Shown here: one piece after another, positions 25,918 through 38,929 of the stretch
Numbering within the stretch: the stretch's first letter is position 1
Layout: each line of letters begins with the position of its first letter
Source: Octopus vulgaris
Taxonomy: Eukaryota
NCBI GenBank assembly: GCA_951406725.2
Contig: OX597815.1
Location: 108,128,001 to 108,192,000, forward strand
DNA length: 64,000 bases
Reading direction: 5' to 3'
Made by a program: the position numbers and the translations under genes
Notes under the pieces: model-generated
What the model saw: only the letters and a program-made list of their open reading frames with translations
The model's database searches: none
What the model was told of the DNA's origin: nothing

Positions 25918-26619
25918 TTATATTTTCAAGACGATGATGATGATCATCATCATTATCATCACTATTTAACATCCATTTTCCATGGTAGCATGAGTTGGAT
26001 GGTTTGACTGGAACTGATAAGGCTGGGGTGGGTGGGGCATCAGGTTACATTTTTCGTTTTGGCATGTTTCTTAAGCTGGATGCCATTCCTAATGCCAACC
26101 ATTCCACAGAGTGAACTTGGTGCATTTTATGTGGCACCAGCATCAGTATCAATTCTGCTGTAGCTGACAGATCTTCTTTAGTACAGCAAGGCCCCAGGTA
26201 TTTTGGTCCTTTGCATGCAACACTTAAAATAATCAGTATCATTGACTGCATCATTGTTGTACTTTCTGAGATCATCTCATTGTGTTTTGTTTGCATTCAA
26301 AAGTTCATTCCATTCTGCTTTGTTTGTCTCTTACATGGTATCCATCTACATACATGTTGTATGTTACTGGGTAATATATTTTACGTATAAATAATCACTG
26401 TTATAAATATCCCAATATGTAAAACTGCCACTAATAAGTGGCAGTTTTACATATTGGAGTATTTTACATATTGTTGTTGTTGTTGTTATTATTATTATTA
26501 TTATTATTATTGAGGTGGTGGGCTGATAAGAGGTTCATAACATAAGTACTAGTTGAGTACTGGGGTTGATGTAATTGACTTGCTCCTCCCTTCAGAATTG
26601 CTGGTCTTGTGCCAAAGTT

Positions 26620-26920
26620 AGAAAGAAGTGAGCCAGGGATCATTCTCAAATAATTTCTTTTTGATCATTCCTAGTGCTCCATCAATCATTGGTATTGTAA
26701 CCACCTTGAAATGCCACATTTTCTCAATTTTAATGAAAAAATCTTTATATTGTCTGAGCTTGTGAAATTTTATTGCTGTTATATTATCATCACAAGGAAT
26801 ACTCACATTGATCAATGAACAACTTAACTGTTTTGGTGTCTTTTACAAAAATATTTGACTCATTAGCTTTGATGGTTCAGTCTGTATGTACTTGAAATCT
26901 CAGAGAATTGTTACATTTTA
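26620..26920 (-). mobile_element. R4/Dong-type LINE 3' fragment (restriction-like endonuclease); similar fragment at about 27820-27965
   Basis: INVSIPCDDNI...KLRQYKDFFIKIEKMW..KVVTIPMIDGALGMI; the second piece reads EKADKYGDLKIEIAKMW...IPIVIGALG. Confidence 0.7.
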
Positions 26921-27991
26921 TCACAAAACCCTCACAACACATATTCACACACATACACACACACATTCATTGTTTTGTCCTGTACTGTTCCTAATGTCTT
27001 TCTTAATGTAAACCCTTTATGGTTAAAAAAGAAATTATCATCATCATCATCGTCGTCGTCATCATCATCATCATCATCACTATTATTATTATTATCATTA
27101 TTATCACTAGCTGACCCTGTGCAATAAAAAATGACAGCTAATTGTACTATTTTATATATAAATAAAGTATAAAATAAGGTACATAATAATCAGGTACAAA
27201 CATTCACATACTTCACTCATACATGCACACACATACACACATACACACACAGAGTTGAAATGCTGTTTGATTTTTATTTTCAGCATTGAACAGTCACCAT
27301 CCCATTTCAATTGTACACAAACACACACACACACACTCAAGCAATCACATACCTCCCTTTTACATACACACACATATACTCACGCAGAGTTGAAATGCTG
27401 ATTTTTTCATCTCTTCCTTCCTTATTCATCTATCACACATTTCTTTCTCCATTGCTATTACTTTCTAGCACTCTCTCTCAATCAGGCCTATTACTCTCAG
27501 TACTTCTCCTTCACTGAATTACTATTTTCTCTCCTCTCCTTTTACTTACAATACTCTTTCTCCTACTCTGTCCTATTCCTACTTTGTGATTTTGGGCAAA
27601 TTTATATATACACAAATATATAAAAATATTACATTCACTATTACATTTGGGGATTATAGATGTTGCACAGTATACAATATCATGAAGCTGTTGATTGAAG
27701 ATATTGTGCCTACCGGGGGGGGGGGGTGGGGTGTACTATTTGTCAAGTCACAACAAGCACCTCAGACTGACATTACTTTATGCATGCAGTACACCTAGAT
27801 TGTAGGGTATTTTTAAAGTTTTCAGATGTTTTTTCAGATTGGGTGGTATTGAACCCAATGCTCCGATGACAATAGGGATAACCTTTATGTTTGACTCTTT
27901 TAGCTGCCACATCTTAGCAATCTCAATTTTCAGGTCTCCGTATTTATCAGCCTTTTCTCTTTTTCCATGATTCTTTCTTTCTTTCTTTCTT

Positions 27992-28041
<50 letters not shown>

Positions 28042-28048
28042 CTCTCCC

Positions 28049-28101
<53 letters not shown>

Positions 28102-28308
28102 GGGGAGCTGTTATTGTTACATCAAAGGGAAAAAATATGCTTGACTCAGAATGCAAAATGTTGCATTTTCCATTCTGAGTCCCAATTCAGATGAGGGTAG
28201 CTTTGCTTTTCATCCTTTGAGGTTGATATAAGAAAGTACTTATTAAATGCTGGGGTTTATGCTATCAACTAACCCACCCTTCTCAAAAAGAAAAAAAAGT
28301 TACCCATA

Positions 28309-28938
28309 GGTGCAGGAGTGGCTGAGTGGTAAGAAGCTTGCTTCCTAACCACATATTTCTAGGTTCAGTCCCACTGCGTGGCACCATGGGAAACTGTCTT
28401 CTACTATAGCCTCGGGCTGACCAAAGCCTTGTAAGTGGATTTGGTAGATGGAAACTGAAAGAAGCACATTGTATATATTCAGGGTTGACCAGAAGTCACC
28501 CAAAAGTAAATTAAAATTCCATAAATACTATCTGTAATTCTATATTGGCTCGAATGGAAAAATGTGCCGCTCAAAGTCTTCTGTTTGAACAATTTTCATG
28601 ATGTTTCATATTTAGATGCTTTTATTAAATTCGTTCCATTGCTAAATATAAGTAAACCTCAGAATTAAATGGTTTTGATTTACTGTAAAGTGACTTTCAG
28701 CCAACCCTGTATATAAATATGTATGTATTTGTGTGTCTGTACTTGTCCCTGCCACCCTCACTTGACATCAGATGTTGGTGTGTTTACGTCTCTGTAACTT
28801 AGCAGTACAGCAAATGAAACCAATAGAATAAGTACAAGGCTTACAAAGAATAAGTCCTGGGGTTGATTTGTTTGACTAAAGGTGGTGCTCCAGCATGGCC
28901 ACAGTCAAATGACTGAAACAAATAAAAGAATAAAAGAA
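28309..28938 (+). mobile_element. SINE family 1 interrupted by a MITE
   Basis: Head 28309-28479, tail 28710-28938. Confidence 0.88.
28480..28709. mobile_element. Tc1/mariner-type MITE (230 bp)
   Basis: Imperfect TIRs CAGGGTTGACCAGAAGTCAC and GTGACTTTCAGCCAACCCTG, inside the SINE's TA tract. Confidence 0.8.
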
Positions 28939-29389
28939 TGTGCCTAAATTAGAAACCGCTACCACCACCACCAACAACAACAACAACATCATCATCACCA
29001 TCATCATTGTTTTTCTTGTTTGATTTCACTTTATATGCAATGACTACTGAGTATCAACCAGAGACTTAAGGCTGGCATCATTTGTTTTGACAGTCTTTTA
29101 TTTTCATTCATTTAACAAGTCACATCACAAAAGTTTATAGGTAAAACAAACAGAAAATGAGTATAGAAAGGTAGGCCAGAGGGTAAAAATGATATATAAA
29201 AGAGCATAAAAGATACAAGTTAATTCTGCATTGAGGATACTTGAATGATATCAAGTATCAATTAAATTTAATATAAAAATTAAACAGAAAAGATTGTGTG
29301 TTGATATATATATATTACAAAGTCAAATATTTACGAAATAGGTGGGTGGAATTTGTCAGAACTATCTTTTGGATTTCATAAATGCTAAG

Positions 29390-31190
29390 TTTACAAGATT
29401 TCAAATATTCCACAATTAATTTTAAGTTTATCTGACTGTATGATTCTTTTGTTATGGTTTAGCAAGAGGGTTGTACTTCCATTTTGTCATGCTGGTTCAT
29501 ATTATGGGAGATAGCTTGTGAATTTCTAGGGCTTCCAGTATCCATTCATATGGTACTCTGCCATAGGCTTTCTTATAATCAATTAAAGTAGTGGTTTGAT
29601 TTCTCTTTTTGGACCAACAATTTTCTAGAATCTATATATTACTTAATAGTTGGTATTTGTACCAATACGAGTTCTGCTTTCCTCCTTTTTGTTCTTGCTC
29701 GAATAGTATATATGTCAGGAGTTTGTAGGTCATAGTGAGACAGGTCATTGGACCAAATGTTGTTTTTTGTCTTCAGCTGTTTTGGTTGTACCTTCTGTCA
29801 ACTGTTTAAGGGTTTTATTTGACTTTTGTATTATAAACACAATTTCATTAGCACCAGCAAGTTCTTTATGCATTCCTGTGAGTGCATTTAACCAAAAGTT
29901 AGGTGTTTGGTTAATTCCAGGTGATTTGCATTTGTGTACTTTACTAAGTGCCTACCTTAGCTCTGACAGCTCTGTTTCTTGCCATTCCTGATAGTTAATA
30001 GCTCTCATTCTCTATTAATCCATTCAGTTTCTTTATTGTTTATTTTTTTACTGTTCCATATATTTTACCAGAATTGTTCAACCTCATTCATAATATGTAG
30101 TTCTTTGATCTAAACAAGGTGTTCCCATTATCCTCCTCCTCATTATTATTATTTTCTTTTCCTTTCAATTTTGTTTCTATTTCTTGCCAAGTGTCTTCCT
30201 GACACCTAGGACATAAAAACTCACTGCATACATTGCTGGGCCATTAAACTAAACACATCAAATTATTCATTTACAAAGTCAAGTTATGTGATAGAAAACA
30301 AGGGGAAAATAGAAAGAGAGAAAAAGGGAAAAATAAATAATAGAAAATAGAAATAAAAAATGAAAATAAATAAAAAAGGAGGGAAAATGAAAGAAAATTC
30401 ACAGCAACAATGCTCTTCTCAATATGTGTGTTGCACCAGCTAAGATAATCTTTTGCACTTCTTGCATGGGTGGTAAGCCAAGGATCATTCTCAAATAATT
30501 GTCAGTTCCTTTATCAATCATTCCAAGTGCTTTCTCAATCACTTGAGATGCCTCATTTTTTCAATTTTAATGAGTGAATCTTTATATTTCCTAAGCTTGC
30601 CAAATTCTTTTGCTGAGATATTATGATCACACAGACTTTATTGTTTTGGTCTTTCGCAACAATATCCAGTTTATTAACTTCGATGGTTTTGCCGGAATGT
30701 TATTGAAAGTCACAAAGAATTATCACATTTTCTCCCTCTGTTCCAGCCTCTGGGTTCTGGGTGGTGCTTATATCATTTGTCAGCAGTTTGGGTTTTATAA
30801 TGCTGACATATTAACTAGTCTTAATATTAGCCAACTCTGTCATGTCTTGGTTTATATTCTGTAGGTGCTAAAACTTCACAACTGCAGATTAAGTGGTCCG
30901 CTGTTTCAATCTAATCATTGCAATATCAGTACTTTGAGTGTACTCCATTTTTCATCACATTGGCTTGGATCAATAAGCTTTGGTCCTGGGCAGCTAAGAT
31001 GAAGTATTTGCTCTCTGCCTCTAGCCCTGAGCTCTGGAGCCACTGATGGATTGTGCTTCCTGGTCTACTGCTTGTTTGCTACAGGCTACATATTTGTCAT
31101 GCAGAGGTTTTTGTTCCCACCTATTAGCCAATTGTTCATATACACTTATCTTTGCCATTGATTTCACCTTCTTTGCACCAACAGTTGCCA
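29390..31190 (-). mobile_element. Decayed R4/Dong-type LINE (RT region about 29390-30110; zinc knuckle and endonuclease about 30400-31190)
   Basis: Minus-strand remnants IDYKKAYGRVPYEWIL, ILAAQDQSL, ETADHLICSCEVLAPTEY..RHDRVG. Confidence 0.7.
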
Positions 31191-31419
31191 ATCAGCTAGA
31201 TTATTATCATTATTATCATTTCAATTATTTTACGTTCTGACTTCAATTTCTGCTAGGGTCAACTTTGCCTTTCATCCTTTCAGGGTTGATAAATTAAGTA
31301 CCAGTGAAACACTGGGGTCAGTGTAATCGACTAGTCCCCTCCCCATAAATTTCAGGCCTTGAGCCTTAAGTAGAAAGGTTTATTATTGTTATCATCATTA
31401 TTATTAGGTGGTGGCCTGC

Positions 31420-31790
31420 CAAGCCAAGTGTACCCATGCTGGTGGCACATAGAGAACATCATTCGAGTTTTGGACCTCACGGAGGCAGAGCGGCTGGGTT
31501 CCTTTCAAGTGTTAGGTTTCATGGATGCAAAGTGGCTGAGTTTCTTTCGAGTGTTGGGCCTCACAAGGGCAATGACCGAGACCTTTGGCATTATGTCAGG
31601 CTTGAGAAGAAGACCCATCAAGCTGGCATCAACCACATTAGGATGGTGCTTTTTACATGCTACCAGCACAGCAGCCTGTTAGGCGGCACTGGCATCGACC
31701 ACATTCAGATGATGCTTGTCAGGGGTCACTGATATCAACCACGTTCAGACGGTGCTTTTTTTACATGCCACTAGCACAGGGAGCTAGTTG
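31420..31790 (+). mobile_element. Diverged RTE LINE ORF-end and 3' UTR fragment
   Basis: TTTCGAGTGTTGGGCCTCAC...GACCGAGACCTTTGG...GAAGACCC resembles 51550-51630; the CGAGTGTT.GG.CTCA segment is present three times. Confidence 0.6.
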
Positions 31791-31984
31791 TAGAGAGATA
31801 TAGATTGGACTTTATCTGAAGATAGGAATAGGAATGGCAAAAATGGAAGAGCAAAGTCTATTGTCACTAAAAGTGGAATAGCGAAGGCAGTGTGGTAACT
31901 GGCCAAAGTGTAATAAATTATCCATATATGTGTGTGTGCATATGTTTGTGTATGCATGTGTGTGTGTGCGTGTGTGTGTGTGTA

Positions 31985-32035
<51 letters not shown>

Positions 32036-32269
32036 AATTATGTAGTTTGATAGCTTCAGCCACATTTCATATTCACTGCAGTCCTATACATTCAAATGCA
32101 TGAAAACATATACATATCACATAGCCATATCCCATATGCATGCTACAGATGTGCTTGAGTCTATGTGCATCCACAAGGATAAAAATGGAGAAATATTGCC
32201 GGGAAGATCCATTGAATTTATACCAATATGGAATAAAAACAGCCATTAAAATGGTAATGACGATGATGA

Positions 32270-32469
32270 CAGTAATGGCAGCGACAACTGATACCATCAT
32301 GATCATTAGCACAATGGTGATGAGTGTTATCATCATAATTACCAGCACCACTACTACCACCACCAGCACCACCAGCAGCAGCAGCACCACCACCACCACC
32401 AGCACCACCAGCACCAACATCAGCACCACCACCACCACCAACACCAGTACCACCATCAGCATCACCAGC

Positions 32470-32500
<31 letters not shown>

Positions 32501-32641
32501 CCACCACCACCACCACCACCACCACCAGGCACCAGCACCGCCACCATCACCACCGCAGCTACTGACACCACCACCACCACCGCAATCACTACCACCAGGC
32601 ACCAGCACCGCCACCAACAACAACAACAACAACAACATCAG

Positions 32642-32683
<42 letters not shown>

Positions 32684-32700
32684 TGGCAGAGCCTTCATTT
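32270..32700. repeat. Compound (CAC/CAG/CAA)n trinucleotide tract
   Basis: Read directly; source of the poly-T/V/G/W ORFs. Confidence 0.95.
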
Positions 32701-33424
32701 TCATCACCATTAGCACATTACCATGTATGTGCACACATTAAAACAAAATGGACATTCACACTATACATCTGCTCCAACATATTCATGTACGCACACACAC
32801 ACACACACACACTTGCATGCACACATATATTCATACATATATATATGTGTGTGTGTGTATGTATATATCTATCTATCTATCTACCTATCTATCTATATAT
32901 GCCTTCACACATCCGCTCCAACACACAAATATTCATTATGCATACAAATACACATATTTAACCTATTGATTTGCTCCCATTATATATAAAACATACATCT
33001 CTGTTTAGTCCATCCCACAGCATCACACATATACACACATGTATAAACACACATATATACCCATATGCAAAATGAAGTGCTTGCTATACAAATTCCCCAT
33101 ATGCACAAACACACACACACACACACACATACACTATGCATAAAAATAACATATATAGTACACGCCTAATTTCGGTCTATTGTTATCATAACAAAATATA
33201 GATGTGAGATGTAAAATATGAAAGCTTCCGATAATGAGTGTTACATTGCATAAATATTTATGGAACTGTAAAACTAGGTAAAATGAATGTATTGATGAAG
33301 GTGATATATTCAGCAACACAATCAACAACAAATATAACACCAATATCGCTCAATAATGCAACTGAAAATAACACCATCATCAATAACTACAATAACAATA
33401 GCAGCATCCACAGCAACAACAATA

Positions 33425-33640
33425 ATCCTTTCTACTATAAGCACAAGGCCTGACATTTTGGGGGAGGGGACCAGTCGATTACATCGACCCCAGTGCATAA
33501 CTGGTACTTAATTTATTGACCCCGAAAGGATGAAAAGCAAGGTCGACCCTGGCGGCATTTGAACTCAGAATGTGATGACAGATGAAATACTGTTAAGAAT
33601 TTCGCCTGGCATGCTAATGATTCTGCCAGCTCACTGCATT
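33425..33640 (-). mobile_element. SINE family 2; further copies at 33850-34082 (-), 31230-31385 (+) and 28145-28290 (+)
   Basis: Minus strand GTGAGCTGGCAGAATCATTAGCATGCCAGGCGAAA...GAGTTCAAATGCC...TTTCATCCTTTCGGGGTCAATAAATTAAGTACCAG. Confidence 0.8.
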
Positions 33641-34522
33641 GTACAGCAACAACAACAATAATGACCAATGTCTCTTTGTGATCACTTGACCTGGTAGAAA
33701 TAGCATCCAAATTTCCTACAAACTAGATCCAGTTTTAAAAAATGTAATATTGAACTTCCTGCACATTAGGAAAAGGTGGGATATTCAAGGCTGGAAAACT
33801 CTTGATGATGGGTCTACTCAATGAAGGCTAACCTTTCATTAAATAATAATGGTTTCAAATTTTGGCACAAGGCCAGCAATCTGGGGGTGGAGGAGGTAAG
33901 CCAGTTACATTGATCTCAGTGCCTCCCCACCTCCGTCCTTGACTGATACTTGTGTTATTGACCTTGAAAGTAGGAAAGGCAAAGTTGACCTCAGTGAAAT
34001 TTGAACTCAGAATATAAAAACAGATAAAATGCTACAAAACATTTTGCCCGGTGCAGAAACGATTTTGCCTGCTCACTGCCTTTTTCAACAAAAAATAATA
34101 ACAACAGCAACAACAACAACAGTAAGCCAATAGTAGAACCACAGTATACTCATGCAAAAATAGCAACCAAACACCCTCAAATATACTCTGGCATCTCAGA
34201 AAAGTATGGACACTTTAGACAATGTAGTCATAGATGTACAAAAAAAGGGATGGTCTCAGCTGGAATGCCAGAATTAAATGATAGCAACAATAACACAAAT
34301 ATGAACCAACTAGGTACCTCTATGGCAGAGATCACTGAACTTGTAGGAAATAACAGCCAAGCTCTTTTTCGAATCATTACTTGCCATCTTGAAATAAAGA
34401 AGGACACATTGAACACTGTAATTCTAGATGAACTAAGGTATGGAATAGTCATAGCTAAAATACCTTTTATTATAGATTTACTCAATCAAGAATCACCAAG
34501 GATTAAACAACATTAACATTAT

Positions 34523-34920
34523 AGGTGCAGGTGTGGCTGTGTGGTAAGGATCTTGCTTCCCAACCACATGGTTCCAAGTTCAGTCCCAATATGTAACACC
34601 TTGGGTAAGTGTCTTCTACCATTGCCTCAGGCAGACCAAAGCCTTGTTTGTGGATTAGGCACATGAAACTGAAAGAAGCCCATTGTATATTTGTATCTAT
34701 CTATATATGTATGTGTCTTTGCCTGTGTTTGTCTCCTACCACCACTTGACAACTGGGGTTGGTTTGGTTACATCCCCGTAACTTAGCAGTTCAGCAGCAG
34801 TGACTGATAGAATAAGTACCAGACTTAAAAAGCAAGTACTGAGTTCCATTCATTTGACCAAAAAACTCTTCAAGGCAGTGCTCCAGCTTGGCCACAGTCT
34901 AATGACTAAAACCGATAAAA
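34523..34920 (+). mobile_element. SINE family 1, diverged
   Basis: GGTGCAGGTGTGGCTGTGTGGTAAG head, B box, tail. Confidence 0.85.
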
Positions 34921-35208
34921 AAAATTTACTACTGCTCTTTATCATTACCACCTCACCACTCTAATCACTGTAGATGAAATTACCATCAGCCATATTCATG
35001 CTGGCATTACCAATATCTGTATGACTACCACTACTATTATTACCACAACCTCCAGCATTAACACCACCATCACCAACATCACCAGCACCAGCACCAAAAC
35101 CACTACACTATCCCACCACTATGAACAACAAATACAATCATAAACATTGTTGTCTGCAATGAAACATCCACCTTTAAAATAAACAGTGCTAACAGTAACA
35201 CTCTATGT

Positions 35209-35343
35209 TAGTGTTTCTTAACCTTTTTACCTTTGTGTAACCCTTAAAATAAATTACATGTCTCAAGGAACCCCTGCACAAAAAACAATTATACACCATA
35301 TCTTTCTCATATTTTTTTCATCGTAGTTCACATGGTAAATATC

Positions 35344-35389
<46 letters not shown>

Positions 35390-35567
35390 TTGTTATAATT
35401 TTTTGTTAACATAATAGGTTAGATAGAATGATGTCTATATTACAATAACCAATAATATGTTGTACATGTATAGTAATATTATGATCATGAAGTTAGCATT
35501 AGCTTATTTGACTCTTTCTTTAGGTACCTCTAGGAACCTTATGCAGAACCCCAGTTGAGAAACGTTG
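35209..35567. mobile_element. hAT-type MITE with a perfect 8-bp TSD
   Basis: TIRs TAGTGTTTCTTAAC and GTTGAGAAACGTTG; CTCTATGT at 35201-35208 and 35568-35575. Confidence 0.9.
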
Positions 35568-35846
35568 CTCTATGTGGTCACTAACCCAGCTAGAAATAAC
35601 AACCAAATAATATTTATCAAATAAAAGCCTTATTGTCTTAAAAATATAAGAACACATTGACATATTAACATAATGTAGTTTTACATATAATATGTCTGTG
35701 AAAAAATGACAGAATGATCATAGCTTTTGAAAAGAGGCCTGATGATCAGGATTAACCTGGATCTAACCAACTTCACCAAAAGCTATCAACTGTCTACTGT
35801 CAAAGCATATTGCTTCTACAAGGAGTACCTGTGTGTTTCTGAAATG

Positions 35847-36070
35847 TGTGCACTATTGTAACTATCTGTATATTTTACTTAACATGAATGAAAGCCACAG
35901 CACTGCAGTATTCAGTTGAGAAAGCATCTTAATAGATGTATAATATTGAAGACAAAACTATGGATATCAATGTTTTTCAACACCATACGTCTTCATGTGA
36001 TGCTTTCTCAAGAAGAATACTGCAGTGTTGGGGCTTTCTACAGTAAATACACATTTAGTACAATATGCAA
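35847..36070. repeat. Imperfect fold-back hairpin (old MITE-like)
   Basis: GAAAGCCACAGCACTGCAGTATTC..TTGAGAAAGCATC versus GATGCTTTCTCAA...GAATACTGCAGTGTTGGGCTTTC, with further inner and outer pairing. Confidence 0.8.
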
Positions 36071-37281
36071 ATTGCTATCCTGAACTAATACTAATTCTAT
36101 TGCTAATAATGAAGTGTAGCTCTGCGTTTGTGTTCTGCATCTGACTTGCTTTACTATCCTGTTTGCTTTGTTGCTTCTGGAGTTACTTATATGTTTCTGG
36201 TGTTGTGAGCTATGTCATGTGTTTTAGTGTCAGATGGTGAATCTGTAGAGAATGTATTATGTGGAGCATGTTATAAAAATTGGTAGGTAATTGTGTGGAA
36301 TATGAGTTTTGTGGTTTGTTAGTTGTCTGTTAGGTGTTATAATGTTGGTTGTCAATTATTTAAGAGTGTATGTTATTTTATTTTATTGAGTGATGATTAC
36401 AAAGAGCATGTGCTGTGTGGGCAGTGTCTTATACTATTGGGTGGTAACTGTGCTGTGTATATGTTGTATGCTGTGTGTAGAATATGCGCTGTGTCGGTAG
36501 TACAACTAAATTGATAGTGTTTTGCGTAGGATGTGAGAAGTGCTTGCTTAGTTCCATTTCAACAACAATAAAAACCTCTTTCATCATCTTAAGTGTCTCT
36601 CCTTATTTAGAGACAACCAGTACAGTTTCTTTAGAAACAGCATTATCAGATTATGGTGCTTTTATGTCACACAACATTTTTGCAACTTTACAGCTGGATC
36701 GATGTTGCTGGCCTCGATACTAGCAAAGGCAACAAATTGGCATTGGCAGAATCAATAGATCATTGGATAAAATGCCTTGAGTTATTTGTTCCAGCCTCCT
36801 GCAGTCTGAGTTCACATCTTATCAATGTTAATGTTGCATTATATCCCTTTTGGGTTGGTCAAATATAATACAAGTTCAGGATAGTGCATTGGTAGAATTG
36901 TAGAGTGTCAGATGAGATTCCTTGTGACAGTTCATACTTAAGTTTAATTACATACAAAGGGGTCCATAACACTATTTTCTACAGATGTTTACATTACAAC
37001 ACTTACATTTCTATTGCATACACAAAGCACACTCTTGAGTACAGCACGTTCACCATTCACCCTGAAATTGCTCCTTTGAAGGGCATAAGCTTTAATAATA
37101 TTCTGTAATCAATAACACACACACACACATCTATAGTCATAACAATGAAATGACTCAATACCAATTCAAACTCACCAGTTTTGGCTCCACTTATGCAGAT
37201 ACTCTTACAATGATTTGGTGTAGTTTGCTATATTTGACTCAATTAAAAATTCTGGTACCACACACTGCTTCTTAATGTAAC

Positions 37282-37316
<35 letters not shown>

Positions 37317-37319
<3 letters not shown>

Positions 37320-38450
37320 CTGAAATGTACAGTAGTATATATCCAACACGGCTGACCAATCAGTTTAGTGCATGTAATACAATGGAGTTTTAGGTAACAG
37401 TCCTATTAATATAACCTTACATTAATCAGAGTTAGCCAATATGAAAGGGAATATGGTGACTGCTCTCTGTTCATTGCTCTGTTTTCTTTCTGTATTGGTT
37501 AAGGTGTGTGTATGGAGGGGGGAGGTAGGTTAGCATGCATCACAGAGTCACAGAGTACAGCATAAAGTAGAAGATCCTGGAGAAATGTAAACCGTACTTT
37601 AATAGCAGGAAGAAGTGCAGGTTGTGTCTGGCTGAGAAGAGAGCAATTTTAAAGGGTACCCAATGCCCGGATATTTACCTGAATAGCAGGAGTGAAGTCT
37701 TTAATCTTTGCCCAAATGAAAGGAAGTACCTGCATGCCCCACCATGATTACAACCACAGGTCTCTTGCCTCAACCTTTCCCCAATACCCTCAGGCCCAGC
37801 AAAGAGTTTAACCAGAGTACACACCAATGCACCCATTACACCCCCCCCCCCATAGGTGGACACCCCACAAAATAGACTGTCTCCCACCAACATATACCCC
37901 TTCACACACATTGTACTCCCACATATATATATAGACCCCGCCACACACACACTCATTACACACCGCATGCTAACATAAGACCACACCACGACCTTAACCA
38001 ATACGGAAAGAAAACAGAGCAACAAACACAACCATTTATACTTACATTCCTGGAAAAAAATTATGCATATGATACCACTACACATATCACACACCCCATC
38101 CCCACAAGAGCACCATACTTAACAATGTATACTTTCCCCCACAAACACTTCAAGATAACTCTTACCTGCATAACAGCATACCCAACCAAAGGGCATAACT
38201 TATAACCTAATCCCCTGGCTCTTTTTCAGTTTCATCGCCCTTTTCACAGCAGCCACAAACCAGATGTGTTAGTCAATCTCCAACAATAGAAAGTAGTTGC
38301 CATATTCCCTTTCATATTGGCTAACTCTGATGAGTGTAAAGATATATTATTGGATGGTTACCTAACACTCCATTGTACTCCTTGCATGAAACCGATTGAT
38401 GATATCAGCTATGATGGATATATAATACTCTACATATTTCAGATAATATA
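37317..38450 (+). mobile_element. Penelope-like element 3' remnant with about 140-bp inverted terminal copies
   Basis: About 37577-37735 reads LEKCKPYFNSRKKCRLCLAEKRAILKG...YLNSRSEVFNLC; 37317-37456 and 38300-38448 are inverted copies. Confidence 0.75.
38318..38410 (+). ncRNA. Hammerhead-like motif; inverted copy at about 37345-37440
   Basis: CTGATGA-GTGTAAAG...CTTGCAT-GAAA-CCGATTG; the minus copy supplies ..TGATTGGTC-AGCC. Stem I is weak. Confidence 0.5.
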
Positions 38451-38543
38451 CCCACTCTATTGACAGATATACAAGTGGATATTTTCCCTGACTTATGGTC
38501 TCTTAGATGACTCATGTATATATATATAATATATAATTATATA

Positions 38544-38591
<48 letters not shown>

Positions 38592-38624
38592 ATGTATGTA
38601 TGTATGTATACATGTGTGTATACA

Positions 38625-38835
38625 CACATGGTGGTTATCTACTCCTTATGCAAAGTTTGACCACCTCCTGTACTGTACCTAGACCTTAAAACCAGACAAT
38701 ATTTTGAAAAGACACCCACATAGATTGCATATCTGATTTGGACTACTAAGAGCTGCAGCTAAGTTCTGATCTTTGTGGATCTTAAAATGTCTTTTGAGGC
38801 CTGCATTAGATTTGCAGACCTTATGGCATACATAC
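38625..38835 (-). mobile_element. Probable 3' end of a LINE with C2H2 zinc fingers
   Basis: VCHKVCKSNAGLKRHFKIH...ICNLCGCLFKILSG; isolated between microsatellites with no splice signals. Confidence 0.5.
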
Positions 38836-38876
38836 GTACGTACGTACGTACGTACATACATACATACATACATACA

Positions 38877-38910
<34 letters not shown>

Positions 38911-38929
38911 CAGACATACATACATACAT

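Noticed and set aside
32073-32734. Poly-V/T/G/W ORFs suggesting mucin or glycine-rich proteins (also 58571-59011 and 41625-42158)
   Set aside because: Translations of trinucleotide microsatellites, open in several frames, with no splice context.
38679-38835. C2H2 zinc-finger host gene
   Set aside because: No TGEKP linkers or splice sites and a degenerate second finger; better explained as a LINE C-terminus.
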